Positions 32,513 through 43,151 of a DNA stretch of 64,000 nucleotides are shown here, piece by piece (within the stretch, counting starts at the first letter, position 1; every line of letters starts with the position of its first letter). The stretch is from an uncultured Planctomycetaceae bacterium (GTDB lineage: Bacteria > Planctomycetota > Planctomycetia > Pirellulales > PALSA-1355), in NCBI GenBank assembly GCA_963785305.1, contig CAWAUV010000007.1:1824001-1888000 (forward strand). Reading direction: 5' to 3'. The position numbers were made by a program, and so were the translations under genes. Below the pieces are notes generated by a model that saw only the letters and a program-made list of their open reading frames with translations, did no database searches and was not told the origin of the DNA.

Positions 32513-34178
32513 CTAGGGCGAGCGACCCACGGTCGGACGCGCTGGCCGAATCAAGAGGCCCACGATCAAGATGAGGATCGCCGCTCCGGCCGGCCAAGGC
32601 GCGAGCCGCAAGAGCGATTCCCGATAATTGGCCGAATTTGCCGAGTCCTTCGCTTCCCCAGCGTTTTCATCGGCTCGCTGGGCGCCATTGGCGTCGCCGC
32701 GTTTCAGGGCTTCGGCGCCTGGGTTGCTCGGCGGCGCTGGAGCATCGTCGGCGATTTCACGCGGCGCTCGCGGCTCGTCGTTGGCCGAGGCCACTTGGGC
32801 CGTCGCCGGCTTGGCCGCTTTGCCCACGGTGTAGGGACCGACAAAGCCGCCGAGGTTGCCGAGCATGTTGATTAGGCCGATGGCCGAGGCGGCCGTGGCG
32901 GCGCCGAGAAACACGGTGGGAATCGGCCAGAAGGTCGGCATATGGGCAAACATGCACGGCCCCACCACGCCGATCATGATCACGACCGGCACGATCGGCA
33001 CGCCATCGAACAGCGCGGCGAGCAGCACTCCCGCCGACACGATCAGCAGCGGCGTCGCCGTGTGCCACACTCGCTCGTTCTTGCGATCGGAATGCCAGCC
33101 ATTGAAGTACATGCCGGCCACGGCCATGAAATACGGCAGCGAGGCGAGCATCGTGGCGCCCTTGATGGACCAGCCCGTCAACTGCGATTTGATGATCGCG
33201 GGCATGAACAACACGAGCCCATACACGCCGACGTTCAAGCAAAAATAAACGACCGTAAGCAGCAGCACCTTCAGCAAGCTGAGCAGCCCCGACTTGCCAT
33301 GCGCCGCTTGCTTTTCGATTCGCTCGCGTTCGAGCTCGCCGAGAAGCCAGTCGCGTTCGTCCTCCGGCAGCCAGCGCACCGCCTCGGGCCGGTCGGGCAA
33401 GCACCACAAAACGACAAACCCCGCGATGACCGGCAGCAAGCCTTCGATAATAAAAATCCAGCGCCAGCCGGCCAGTCCCAGCCAATCGAGCCCCAACAGC
33501 AACCCCGAAGCCGGCAAGCCAAGCGCGATCGAGAGCGGGCTGGCGGCCGTAAAGCCGGCGACCGCTTTGGCCCGGTCGGCCGAGCGATACCAATACGTGA
33601 GATACACGATCACGCAGGGAAAGAATCCGCCCTCGAAAAAGCCGAGCATGAAGCGGAAGAAATAGAACTGGTTCTCGGCGCTGGTGGGCAGATCGTTGAA
33701 ATATTTCGCCGCTCGATAAAACAACGAACCCTCGCCCAGCGAGTCGACCCCGAGCGTGGGCAGCCATCCGAACGCGCGAGTCGCGATCGGCAACCCGATC
33801 AATCCGATCAGCGTGGCGCAAAGCCCCCACAGCACAAGTATGCGGCAAAACACCCAGCGAGCGCCGAGCCGCGCACACTGAGCGCGCTGGGGATTTCGAG
33901 AATCCAGTAGCCGAGAAAGAACAGCCCGCCGCCAAAGCCGATAATCTCGGGCGTGAATCCGAGCCCGGCGGCCGAGGTGGGCAATTCCATTTTCAACTCG
34001 GCCGCCGAAACGTTGGCCCGATCCAAGTAGGCCAAGATATACAAAATAAACAGCACCGGCATCAGCCGCGCGGTGACGCGGCGCCGCGGCGCTCGGCCAC
34101 GTTCTCGGCCGGCTTTCGCCACACGAGCGCCATGAGTCGGTCGCCCAGCGGATCGGTCGAGGCCGGCGGCGCCGACAC
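32513..34178 (-). CDS. MFS transporter, anion:cation symporter family; frameshifts near 33860 and 34090
   Basis: RLMPVLFILYILAYLDRANV, GYWILEIPS, EGGFFPCVIVYLTYWY, GWRWIFIIEGL, INMLGNLGGFVGP. Confidence 0.85.
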
Positions 34179-34201
34179 GCTAACTACAGGATCGGCGCCG
34201 C

Positions 34202-34780
34202 TCATTGGTGCGATATCTCCACGCCGAAATTAAGCTTGAGCTGCGGATCCTTCTCGGCCTCGGGATTCAGTTCCTTGAACAGCAGGCTCGGCTGAATATC
34301 GTGATTGTGCTGATACTTGTTGCTGGCGTATTCCGTGACCAAGCCCGCGATCTGGTGGTAAAAAATCTGGCAAATCTGCACTCCCGGATACACCCGCACC
34401 GGTTGAACGGCGAACATTTCGAGCGTCCAGTAGCCGCAAAAGCCGACATCGCCGAAGCCGGCCGTGACATGCACGAACAAGCCGAGCCGCCCGATCGACG
34501 AGCGGCCTTCGATCATCGGCACCAGACCGTGGGTCTCGGTGCGTTCGACGGTGCGGCCCAGATACAGTTGGCTGGGCGAAAGCACGATGCCCTCGGGCGG
34601 CACATGCACCCGCCGCACGCGATTGGGCCGGCTCATGTCGAGCACGAGCTCCTCGTAGATCATCAGCTCGTCGTGCAGCGTCAGATTGTAGCTATTCGGA
34701 TTGAGCTGCTCCTCGTGGAACGGCTCGATCACGATCTCCTTGCCCAAGTGCTCGCGAATTTGATTGCCGGAAAGGATCAT
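34202..34780 (-). CDS. dcd: dCTP deaminase
   Basis: MILS, LNPNSYNLTL, EGRSSIGRLGL.VHVTAGFGDVGFCG.WTLE, ICQI. Confidence 0.93.
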   Translation of the reverse strand: MILSGNQIREHLGKEIVIEPFHEEQLNPNSYNLTLHDELMIYEELVLDMSRPNRVRRVHVPPEGIVLSPSQLYLGRTVERTETHGLVPMIEGRSSIGRLGLFVHVTAGFGDVGFCGYWTLEMFAVQPVRVYPGVQICQIFYHQIAGLVTEYASNKYQHNHDIQPSLLFKELNPEAEKDPQLKLNFGVEISHQ

Positions 34781-34892
34781 GCCTGCTGGCTTCTGGTTCG
34801 TGAAAGTGTGCGAAGGGCATCCCTGCCAACAGCCGACGCAATATGAAGACTTTTTCCGACCATTCCAATCCCGCCGAGTCGCCGATGCGCGA

Positions 34893-35548
34893 TTACGATA
34901 AAGACTTCACCCCAATTCGCGGACAAAGTTTTTCGAGCGGGCAACCGTCGCAACGCGGACGCCGGGCGATGCAAACCTTGCGTCCATGGTGAATCATACG
35001 GTGGCTGAAATCAATCCACTGGGGCTTGGGCAAAATCGCCATCAGATCGCGTTCGATTTTCACGGCGTCTTTATGCCGCGTGAGACCCAGCCGCTGGCTG
35101 AGTCGGGCCACATGCGTATCGACCACCACGCCGCTCGCCTTGCCAAACGCCACCCCCAGCACCACGCTCGCCGTTTTGCGGCCCACGCCCGGCAGCGCGA
35201 CCAGGTCCTCGAAATCCGCGGGCACATGACCGCCGTGGTCATCGACCAATTTTTGGCAGCAGGCCAGGATGTTCTTGGCCTTATTGCGAAAAAAGCCGGT
35301 GCTCTGAATCGCTTTTTCAATCGCTCCGCGCGGCGCCGAGGCGAAATCGGCCGCATGGCGATAGTGGGTGAACAGATTTTTGGTCACGATATTGACCCGG
35401 GCATCGGTACACTGGGCCGAAAGAATCGTGGCCACCAGCAACTCGAGCGGCGAGGAATGCACGAGCGCGCATTCCGCCCGGGGATAGGCTTTGGCCAGCG
35501 CAGGCTCACGGCGCGGGCATGACGTTTGGCGTCGGCAATCGCAACCAT
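34893..35548 (-). CDS. nth: Endonuclease III; indel near 35495
   Basis: LLVATILSAQCTD, HhH motif LPGVGRKTA, VDTHV, C-terminal CIARRPRCDGCPLEKLC Fe-S motif. Confidence 0.92.
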
Positions 35549-35697
35549 TGCGAGCCTGGGCTTGGAGGAAAAGCGAAGAGCCAGCGCGACCGCGCCGCGC
35601 AAGCGACGACCCGCGGAGCGAAGGCCCATTGTCCGTGACGACGCCAACCCGTGTCAAGCGCCGAGCGCATGAGCAATTCGCCGGCCGGTTGGCCCGC

Positions 35698-36760
35698 TTA
35701 GATTTTCATCTTCGCCGCGTCGTTGATGGCGCCGATGTACATGCCGGCGATGCGAAAGATCAGCATGATGATCACGCCGGCCACCATCGCCCACACCAGC
35801 CCGCCGGCCGCCATCGTGAGCATGCGCGTCGCCCGGCGGGCATCGTCTTGGTATTGCTCCGAGAGCACGCCCAGGGTTTCGGGCAACTGGCCGCTTTGCT
35901 CGCCCACGGCCACGGCGTTGAGAAAGTCGCCGCGAAATACTTCGGCGCTGGTGAGCGTCTCCGCGATCGATTGCCCGCGGCGAATGCGAGTGAGCACTTC
36001 CGGCAGCCGCTCGGTGTAGTGGGCATTGCGCGTCGAGGAAAAAGCCAGCTCCAGTGCCCGCTTGACCGGCATTTCGGTGTCGAGCGTCATGCGCAGGCTC
36101 CAGCAGAAATGGGCAAGCGCCAGGCTCTCGAGCGCGCCGCCGATCTTGGGAATCCGCATCGCCAGCCGCTGGGCCCGCGCGCCACCACGCGCCGCGCGTG
36201 ACTTGCAAATAGACGAAATAGCCCGTGACCGCTCCCGCCGCGAGCAGCCAGCAGTAAATCGTCAGACCGCGCGAGCCCACGAGCCCGAAGCCGAGAATAT
36301 CGACCGGCGCTCCGTTGGCTTGCTTGGGCAAAATCTCGCCGATCCAAATGAGCAGGCCCACGATCGATAGGGCCATGACGAACTGGATGATCGGCCACGC
36401 GATCGCGCCGCGAAATGCCCGCCGCAACGAAAGCTGATGTTCATAGTGCTGGGCCAACTCATCGAACACTTCGGCGAGAAATCCGGTCTGCTCGCCCACC
36501 TGCGAGAGCTCGCGGAACAAGAGCGGAAAGTAGGCGCCGGTTTTGCCGAGCGCTTCGGAGAAAGACTCGCCGCGCTGGACGCTGTCGTTGATCATCTCCA
36601 TTGGCGCCCGCGCGGTTCCGCGGGCATTTCGCGCTTCGCGGGCCCAATTGCCGCGGGCATCGACCCCGGCCCGAAGCGAAGTGCTCGAACGGCGGCAGAG
36701 GTCCATCAGGGCCTGCGTGCCGATGCGGGGCGTAAACAGCGACGTGACGGATTCGAGCAC
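35698..36760 (-). CDS. Type II secretion system F / PilC family protein; frameshift near 36175
   Basis: Two T2SSF halves: GESFSEAL...VGEQTG.L.EV..LA.HYE and RGQSIAETL...VGEQSGQLPETL. Confidence 0.85.
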
Positions 36761-37040
36761 TGCCGAACCTCGGAGATTGCGGAGCGATGCGCTGCGACCA
36801 GAAAAACCGCGGGCTCGATCCGAGCCCAGCGTCCCGGGAGTCCAGTGCCCCGGCCCGACAAAACCGGTCCAAGCCAGATTCGCCCAAATCCGAACGAACC
36901 CAGACTGAGCGAAGAGATAAGCGATACCTTGTAGTATACGACCCCGCGGCGCCCGTGGTCCACCGGCCGAAGCCGACAGTCGTGTCGCGCGTGCTCGCTT
37001 TTGTTTTCATTGCGGCGCCTGGGCGGGCGCGGCGGCGGTT

Positions 37041-37049
37041 TGTTACAAT
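37041..37049 (+). promoter_or_regulatory. Putative extended -10 element (TGTTACAAT) upstream of tyrA
   Basis: TG-N-TACAAT about 70 nt before the ATG at 37118. Confidence 0.4.
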
Positions 37050-37117
37050 CGGCGCGGTTTTTGGTCAGCGACCGTTCCTGCCGCCGTTCGACGTTTTCCT
37101 CATTCGCGAAACCCCCC

Positions 37118-37984
37118 ATGAGCAAGCCCAGTCATGTCGCCTCAGGCACGCTCGCCGTGGTCGGGCCGGGCTTGATTGGCGCTTCCATTGGGCTCGCGGC
37201 GCTCGAGCGAGGCGTCGTTCGGCAGGTGGTGGGCATTGGCCGCGGCCAGGCCGGTTTGCAGGAAGCGCTCGAGCGGGGGGCGATCTCGCGCGGCGTGCTC
37301 GACTTGGCCGCGGGCGTCGCCCAGGCCGACTTGGTGATCGTCTGCACTCCGGTCGACGCCATTCCCGCGGCCGTGGTCCAGGCACTCCGGGCCTGCCGGC
37401 CGGGCGCCGTGGTCTCCGACGCCGGGAGCGTGAAAGTCGACATCGTGCGCCGCGTGGCCCAGGACCGCGGGGCGGACTTCCGGGCAAGCTTCGTCGGCGC
37501 TCATCCGGTGGCCGGCAGCGACCGGCAAGGCGCCAAACATGCTCGGGCCAACCTGTTCGTCGACCGCGCCGTGGTCATCACGCCCGACGAGCATTCGCCG
37601 CCGGTGGCCGTCGCGAAGCTCAGCGAGTTTTGGCGGTCCTTGGGCGCCCGAGTCGTGGAAATGTCGCCCGACGAACACGACGCCGCCCTGGCCGTGACGA
37701 GTCATCTGCCGCATCTGGTGGCCGCGGCCATTGCGGGCTCGACGCCCGAGCGTTACGTTACGCTCACGGCCGGCGGCTGGCACGACACGACGCGCGTCGC
37801 GCGGGGCGATCCGGCGCTGTGGCGGCAGATTTTGCTGGCCAACCGGGAACATGTGCTCGCGGCCCTCGGGCCCTTCAATGCATGGCTCGCCGAACTAAGC
37901 GCGGCCGTTGAGAGCCAAGACACGGCGGCGCTCGAGCGTCTGCTCGCGGAAAGCAAACGGATTCGCGATGTTGTGGCAAGTTGA
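37118..37984 (+). CDS. tyrA: Prephenate/arogenate dehydrogenase
   Basis: [50 protein letters not shown]. Confidence 0.9.
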   Translation: MSKPSHVASGTLAVVGPGLIGASIGLAALERGVVRQVVGIGRGQAGLQEALERGAISRGVLDLAAGVAQADLVIVCTPVDAIPAAVVQALRACRPGAVVSDAGSVKVDIVRRVAQDRGADFRASFVGAHPVAGSDRQGAKHARANLFVDRAVVITPDEHSPPVAVAKLSEFWRSLGARVVEMSPDEHDAALAVTSHLPHLVAAAIAGSTPERYVTLTAGGWHDTTRVARGDPALWRQILLANREHVLAALGPFNAWLAELSAAVESQDTAALERLLAESKRIRDVVAS

Positions 37985-40971
37985 CATTTATTCGCTTCCC
38001 GAGCAGCCCGACTTGGCGGCCACGCATGTCGCCGCCGCGGCGCGTGATCTTGGGCTGGCGTCCGGCGATGAGCTCGCCGTGGTCGCGATGCGCGGCTATT
38101 TGATCGAAGGTGATTTAACGGCCGATCAAGTCTCGCGGATCGCCCGCGAACTGCTGGTCGATTCCGTGGTCGAAGGCTGGCGGATCTCGCCGGCTGGCGA
38201 CGCGGCTCTGGCCGAGCCGCCCGCGATCAAGGCGGCCGCGGCGCCAAGCTTGTCGTCATCTTCGTCAGCGAGCCCGTCGCGGCTCGTGCATGTGCTGGCC
38301 AAGAGCGGGGTGATGGACCCGGTGGCCGAGAGCGCCAAGAGCGCGATCGCCGACATGGGCCTGCCGATGGCGGCGGTGCGCACCTTTCGCAAATATTGGT
38401 TCGGCGGTGTCTCGGAGGCAACGCTCGCGGCCCTGTGCGGCAAGCTGCTCGCCAACGACGCGATCGAGCGCATGGCGCGTGGCCCGCTGGAAATCACTTC
38501 GCTCGATGTCGGCGCGCCGTATGCATTTCGCCGCGTGGAACTGCCGCTCGCCGAGCTCGACGAGGCCGGGCTCCTACGGCTGAGTGTCTCGGGCCAGTTG
38601 CATCTTACGCTGGCCGAGATGCGGGCCGTGCAGGCTTACTATCGCGAGCTAGGGCGCGAGCCGACCGACATCGAGCTGGAAACCATCGCCCAAACGTGGA
38701 GCGAACATTGCAGCCACAAAACACTCGCCGGACGCATCGCCTATCGCGATCCCCAGGGCGAGCGTCAGTTCGACAATATGCTCAAGCAAACGATCTTCGC
38801 CGCCACGGTCGAAATCCGCCGCCAGCTCGGGGCCGACGACTGGTGCGTGAGCGTGTTCAAGGACAATGCCGGCGTGGTGCGGTTCGACGATCGCCACAAC
38901 CTCACATTCAAAGTCGAAACTCATAACCATCCCTCGGCTCTGGAGCCCTATGGCGGGGCCAACACCGGCCTGGGCGGTGTGATCCGCGACACGCTCGGCG
39001 TGGGCCGCGGCGCCAAGCCGATCTGCAATACCGATGTTTTTTGCTTCGCCCCGCCCGATGCGCCGGCCGACGCCCTGCCGGCGGGAGTGTTGCATCCGCG
39101 CCGCGTGATGCGGGGCGTCGTGTCGGGAGTGCGCGACTATGGGAATCGCATGGGCATTCCCACCGTGAACGGCGCCGTGTTCTTCGATCCGCGCTATCTC
39201 GGCAATCCGCTCGTGTACTGCGGCAGCGTCGGTATCTTGCCCGACGAGTATTCGTTCAAGCAGCCCCAGCCCGGCGATCACATCGTGGCTCTTGGCGGAC
39301 GAACCGGCCGCGATGGCATCCACGGCGCCACTTTCAGCTCCGTGGAGCTGACCACCGAAAGCGAAAGCCTCTCGGGCGGGGCGGTGCAGATCGGCAACGC
39401 CATCACCGAAAAAATGGTGCTCGATGTGCTCCTCGCTGCCCGCGATCGACGGCTTTTCAACGCCGTGACCGATTGCGGCGCCGGCGGTTTCTCCAGCGCC
39501 GTGGGCGAAATGGGCGAAGAGATAGGGGCCGTGGTTTGGCTCGAGCGGGCGCCACTCAAATACGAAGGGCTCACCTACACCGAAATCTGGATCTCGGAGG
39601 CCCAAGAACGCATGGTCCTCTCGGTGTCGCCGGAACATTGGAACGAGCTCGAAGCGCTCTGCCGCTCCGAGGGCGTCGAGGCCACGATCATCGGCAGCTT
39701 CGAGCCGACCGGCCGGCTCAAGCTCTTGTATCACGGCCAGCAGGTGGCCGACCTCTCGATGGAGTTTCTGCACGATGGCCGCCCGCCCGTGGTGCGCGAA
39801 GCTAGTTACGAGCCCCCGACGCTCCGACCGCTGGGACCCGCCGATCGACCGCATGCGAATTTTTCGGGCTCCTTCGATGCGACACACACCTTAAAATCCA
39901 TACTCGGCTCGCTCAATGTGGCCAGCAAGGAATGGATCATCCGCCAATACGACCATGAAGTGCAGGGCGCGAGCGTGCTCAAGCCGCTGGTGGGAGTGGC
40001 CAACGATGGGCCCGGCGACGCCGCCGTGTTGCGGCCGCTGACCGATTCGCCTCGCGGCGTCGTCGTGGGCTGCGGCATGAACCCCCGGCTCGGCGATTTC
40101 GACACGGCCCGCATGGCCGAAAGCGCCATCGACGAAGCAGTGCGAAACTGCGTGTCCGTGGGCGCCGATCCGGCGCGAATCTGTTTGCTCGACAATTTTT
40201 GCTGGGGCAATTGCGAGCGGCCCGAAACCCTCGGCTCGCTGGTTCGCGCCGCGATCGCCTGCCACGACGCCGCCGTGGCGCTCGGCATGCCATTTGTCTC
40301 GGGCAAAGACAGCCTGAACAACGAATTTCGCCATGTGGTTCCCGGCGGCGCATCGCGCGTGATCGCGATTCCGCCGTCGCTGCTCATCAGCGCCATGGGA
40401 CAAATGGCCGATGTCTCGAAGGCCGTGAGCATGGATATCAAAGAGCCTGGCAATTTGATTGTCATCGTCGGGCTGACTCGCGACGAACTGGGCGGCTCGC
40501 ACTATGGCGCTGGTCGATCAGCTCGAGGGGGGCGCGCCGCCGAGCTTCGACGCGCCCATGGCTAAAGCCACATTTGCCGCCGTGCATCGCGCCATTTCCG
40601 CCGGCGCGGTCCGCGCATGCCACGACTTGAGCGAGGGCGGCCTGGCGGTGGCCATCGCCGAAATGGCGTTTGCCGGCGGCCGAGGCGCCACGATCCAGCT
40701 CGACGCGTTGCCCAAGCCGATGGACAACCCGACGCTCGAGCCCCACATGCTCCTGTTTTCGGAATCGAATACTCGATTCTTGTGCGAAGTGGCGCCGGAT
40801 CGCTGGGATGCGTTCGGCGCTGCGATGGCCGGCGTGCCGCACGCGCGAATCGGCGTGGTGACCTCGGGCAACCTACGGATACTTGCGTCGGACGCGGCCG
40901 ACGTCGCTCCGCTTGTCGACGCCGATCCGCGCGAACTGAAAGCCGTCTGGCAAGCGCCGCTGGCTTGGTAG
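37968..40971 (+). CDS. purL: Phosphoribosylformylglycinamidine synthase subunit PurL with N-terminal PurS-like domains; frameshift near 40505
   Basis: [66 protein letters not shown]. Confidence 0.95.
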
Positions 40972-41053
40972 CGAACTTGGATTCATTTCCAGAACGATTC
41001 AGGACCATTTAGCACGCGACCTTTAGCAACCGTCTTTCCGGCAGCTTTCAACT

Positions 41054-41866
41054 ATGGCCCAGCCACGAGTCTTAATCCTGCGAGCGCCCGGCACGAACTG
41101 CGACCTGGAAACGTCGCATGCCTTCGAGCGGGCCGGCGGTCGCTGCGAGCGGCGCCATGTCAACGAGCTGCTTGCCTCGCCCGGCGCCTTGGCCGACTTT
41201 CAAATTCTCTGCCTCCCCGGCGGGTTCAGCTACGGCGACGACTTGGCCGCCGGCCGCATCCTCGGCAGCCAGCTCAAGCGGCGCTTGGCCGACGCCATGC
41301 GACGGTTCAAAGACTCCGGCAAATTGATTCTCGGCATCTGCAACGGGTTTCAGATTCTGCTCAAAAGCGGCCTGCTCGTGGCCGATGAGCCCGACTCGGG
41401 GCCGCCGGTGTCGCTCGCCTGGAACGAAAGCGGGCGATTCGAGGCGCGCTGGGTTTCGCTCCGCGTCGGCGGCTCGCGGGCCGTGTTCTTCGCCGGGCTC
41501 GACCGGCTCTATCTGCCGATCGCCCATGCCGAAGGTCGCATCGTGGCCCGTGACCCGGCGTATCTCAAAATGCTTGCCGCCGGCGGACAGATCGCCGCCC
41601 GCTATGCGGCGCCCGAAGCGCCCGGCGGCGACGACCAAGGCGCGAGCGAGGAGAGCGGCAAGTTACCGTTTCCAATCAATCCGAACGGCGCGGCGGATAA
41701 TATCGCCGGGCTCTGCGACGCCACGGGGCGAGTGTGCGGTCTGATGCCGCATCCGGAGCGGCACATCGAGGCCACGCAACATCCGCGGTGGACTCGCCGC
41801 CGCATGCAACCGCCCGCGGGCGAAGGGCTCGCCGTGTTCGAGAATGCCGTGCGGTATTTTTCGTAG
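41054..41866 (+). CDS. purQ: Phosphoribosylformylglycinamidine synthase glutaminase subunit
   Basis: PGTNCD.ET, PGGFSYGD, GICNGFQIL, IAHAEG, NPNG, GLMPHPER. Confidence 0.95.
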   Translation: MAQPRVLILRAPGTNCDLETSHAFERAGGRCERRHVNELLASPGALADFQILCLPGGFSYGDDLAAGRILGSQLKRRLADAMRRFKDSGKLILGICNGFQILLKSGLLVADEPDSGPPVSLAWNESGRFEARWVSLRVGGSRAVFFAGLDRLYLPIAHAEGRIVARDPAYLKMLAAGGQIAARYAAPEAPGGDDQGASEESGKLPFPINPNGAADNIAGLCDATGRVCGLMPHPERHIEATQHPRWTRRRMQPPAGEGLAVFENAVRYFS

Positions 41867-42202
41867 CGCCGGCTTATCTTTATCGCGCTCCGCCAAGGGA
41901 GTCGCGTCGAAACGCGATCGTGGCTTTTCCACGGTGAATGAGCCCCCTCAAAGTCATGCCGGACCGGGAGTTGCGCCCGCTCCCCGCCAGTGGTTGATCG
42001 GGGGCCGTGTCGCTAAACCCATTGTCGCAATGCCTTAAGGCGTATTATCCCGGCCGAGCTCCCGTGGTGATCGTGTGATCTGGCCCCCGGGACATTCCAG
42101 CGACCCGGCCGGCTCGGGTTGTCGCAACGATTGCTAGCAAGCGTGGTTGTGGCGTGCCGGGCGCCGGCCCATCATTCGTTCCGCAGAGAAATGGCGCCAT
42201 AT

Positions 42203-42232
42203 TTGACGCTCGTGTCTTCTCTCTTATATCTT
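42203..42232 (+). promoter_or_regulatory. Putative sigma70 promoter for the HTH gene (TTGACG with TATATC/TATCTT)
   Basis: -35-like TTGACG 16-18 nt before an AT-rich -10-like hexamer; RBS AGGAGG before the GTG at 42271. Confidence 0.45.
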
Positions 42233-42270
42233 AGAAGCTGCTTTCATGGACTCTCGTAGGAGGGGCGATC

Positions 42271-42648
42271 GTGGACTCCCCGCTTCCCAAACTGGCGACG
42301 CTCGACGCCCGCCGCGTGGCGCTCGGAATGACGATCGATGTGCTTGCCCGGCGGTCGGGCGTCTCGCCATCGACCGTCGAGCGCGTGCTCTCGGGCCGCC
42401 ACGACACAACCAGTTTCAGAGCCATCGAGCGCATTGCCGCCGCGCTCGGCGCCGCATTTCGCCTGGAACCGATCGCCGACCTCTCCGCAATGCGCTGGGC
42501 CCAAGCCCAATTCAAAATGGAGCAAGCCCTGGGGCCGGCGAAAGAAGATTTTGCATCCGAGTCGGAGCGAGTGCGCGCCGCCGCCGAGCGCGAACGCCTC
42601 GTCCACAAATTCCTGGCCGGCTCGAACCGCAAGCTCTGGACGGGTTGA
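42271..42648 (+). CDS. XRE-family HTH regulator resembling mobile mystery protein A
   Basis: RRVALGMTIDVLARRSGVSPSTVERVL HTH; C-terminal LAGSNRKLW. Confidence 0.7.
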   Translation: MDSPLPKLATLDARRVALGMTIDVLARRSGVSPSTVERVLSGRHDTTSFRAIERIAAALGAAFRLEPIADLSAMRWAQAQFKMEQALGPAKEDFASESERVRAAAERERLVHKFLAGSNRKLWTG

Positions 42649-43151
42649 ACAATCCACCCCGTCGCTTCATCCCCCAAACCACGCGATCCCCCGACCCGGC
42701 AAGAGGAATCGCAGCCCGAACCCCGATTTCTCCAGGTTTGGCTATGGAAAAACGATTGAAATTTGGCGAAATGTCGAAACAATGGAGTGGCGGCCTCACA
42801 GCTCCCCGCGGCGCGGCTGGCCAGCGCTCCCGCGACATAACGCCAGCACTGCCAGCATGATCCGTGTTGCGTCAATCGGCCCGAATCCGCATAATCGCCC
42901 CGCGTTTCCAGAGCAGCGTTCCTCAAGCCGCCGCGAGCTTTACCTGCCCAACTGGCGGCGACCGCAAGCGTGAACTTCGTAGTTCGCACGGATCGACTCC
43001 CTCCAGGCCCGACCGCATTGCCGTCGAAACTCCGACGGCGCCGACGCGACTTTGTGTCGGGCTCGAGTGATGGATGTGCGACTTTTTTGGAAGGCGAACG
43101 ATGCCGCGCCCACCGGGTGGCGGTAGAAAGATCTGCATGGAAGGAATCCGT

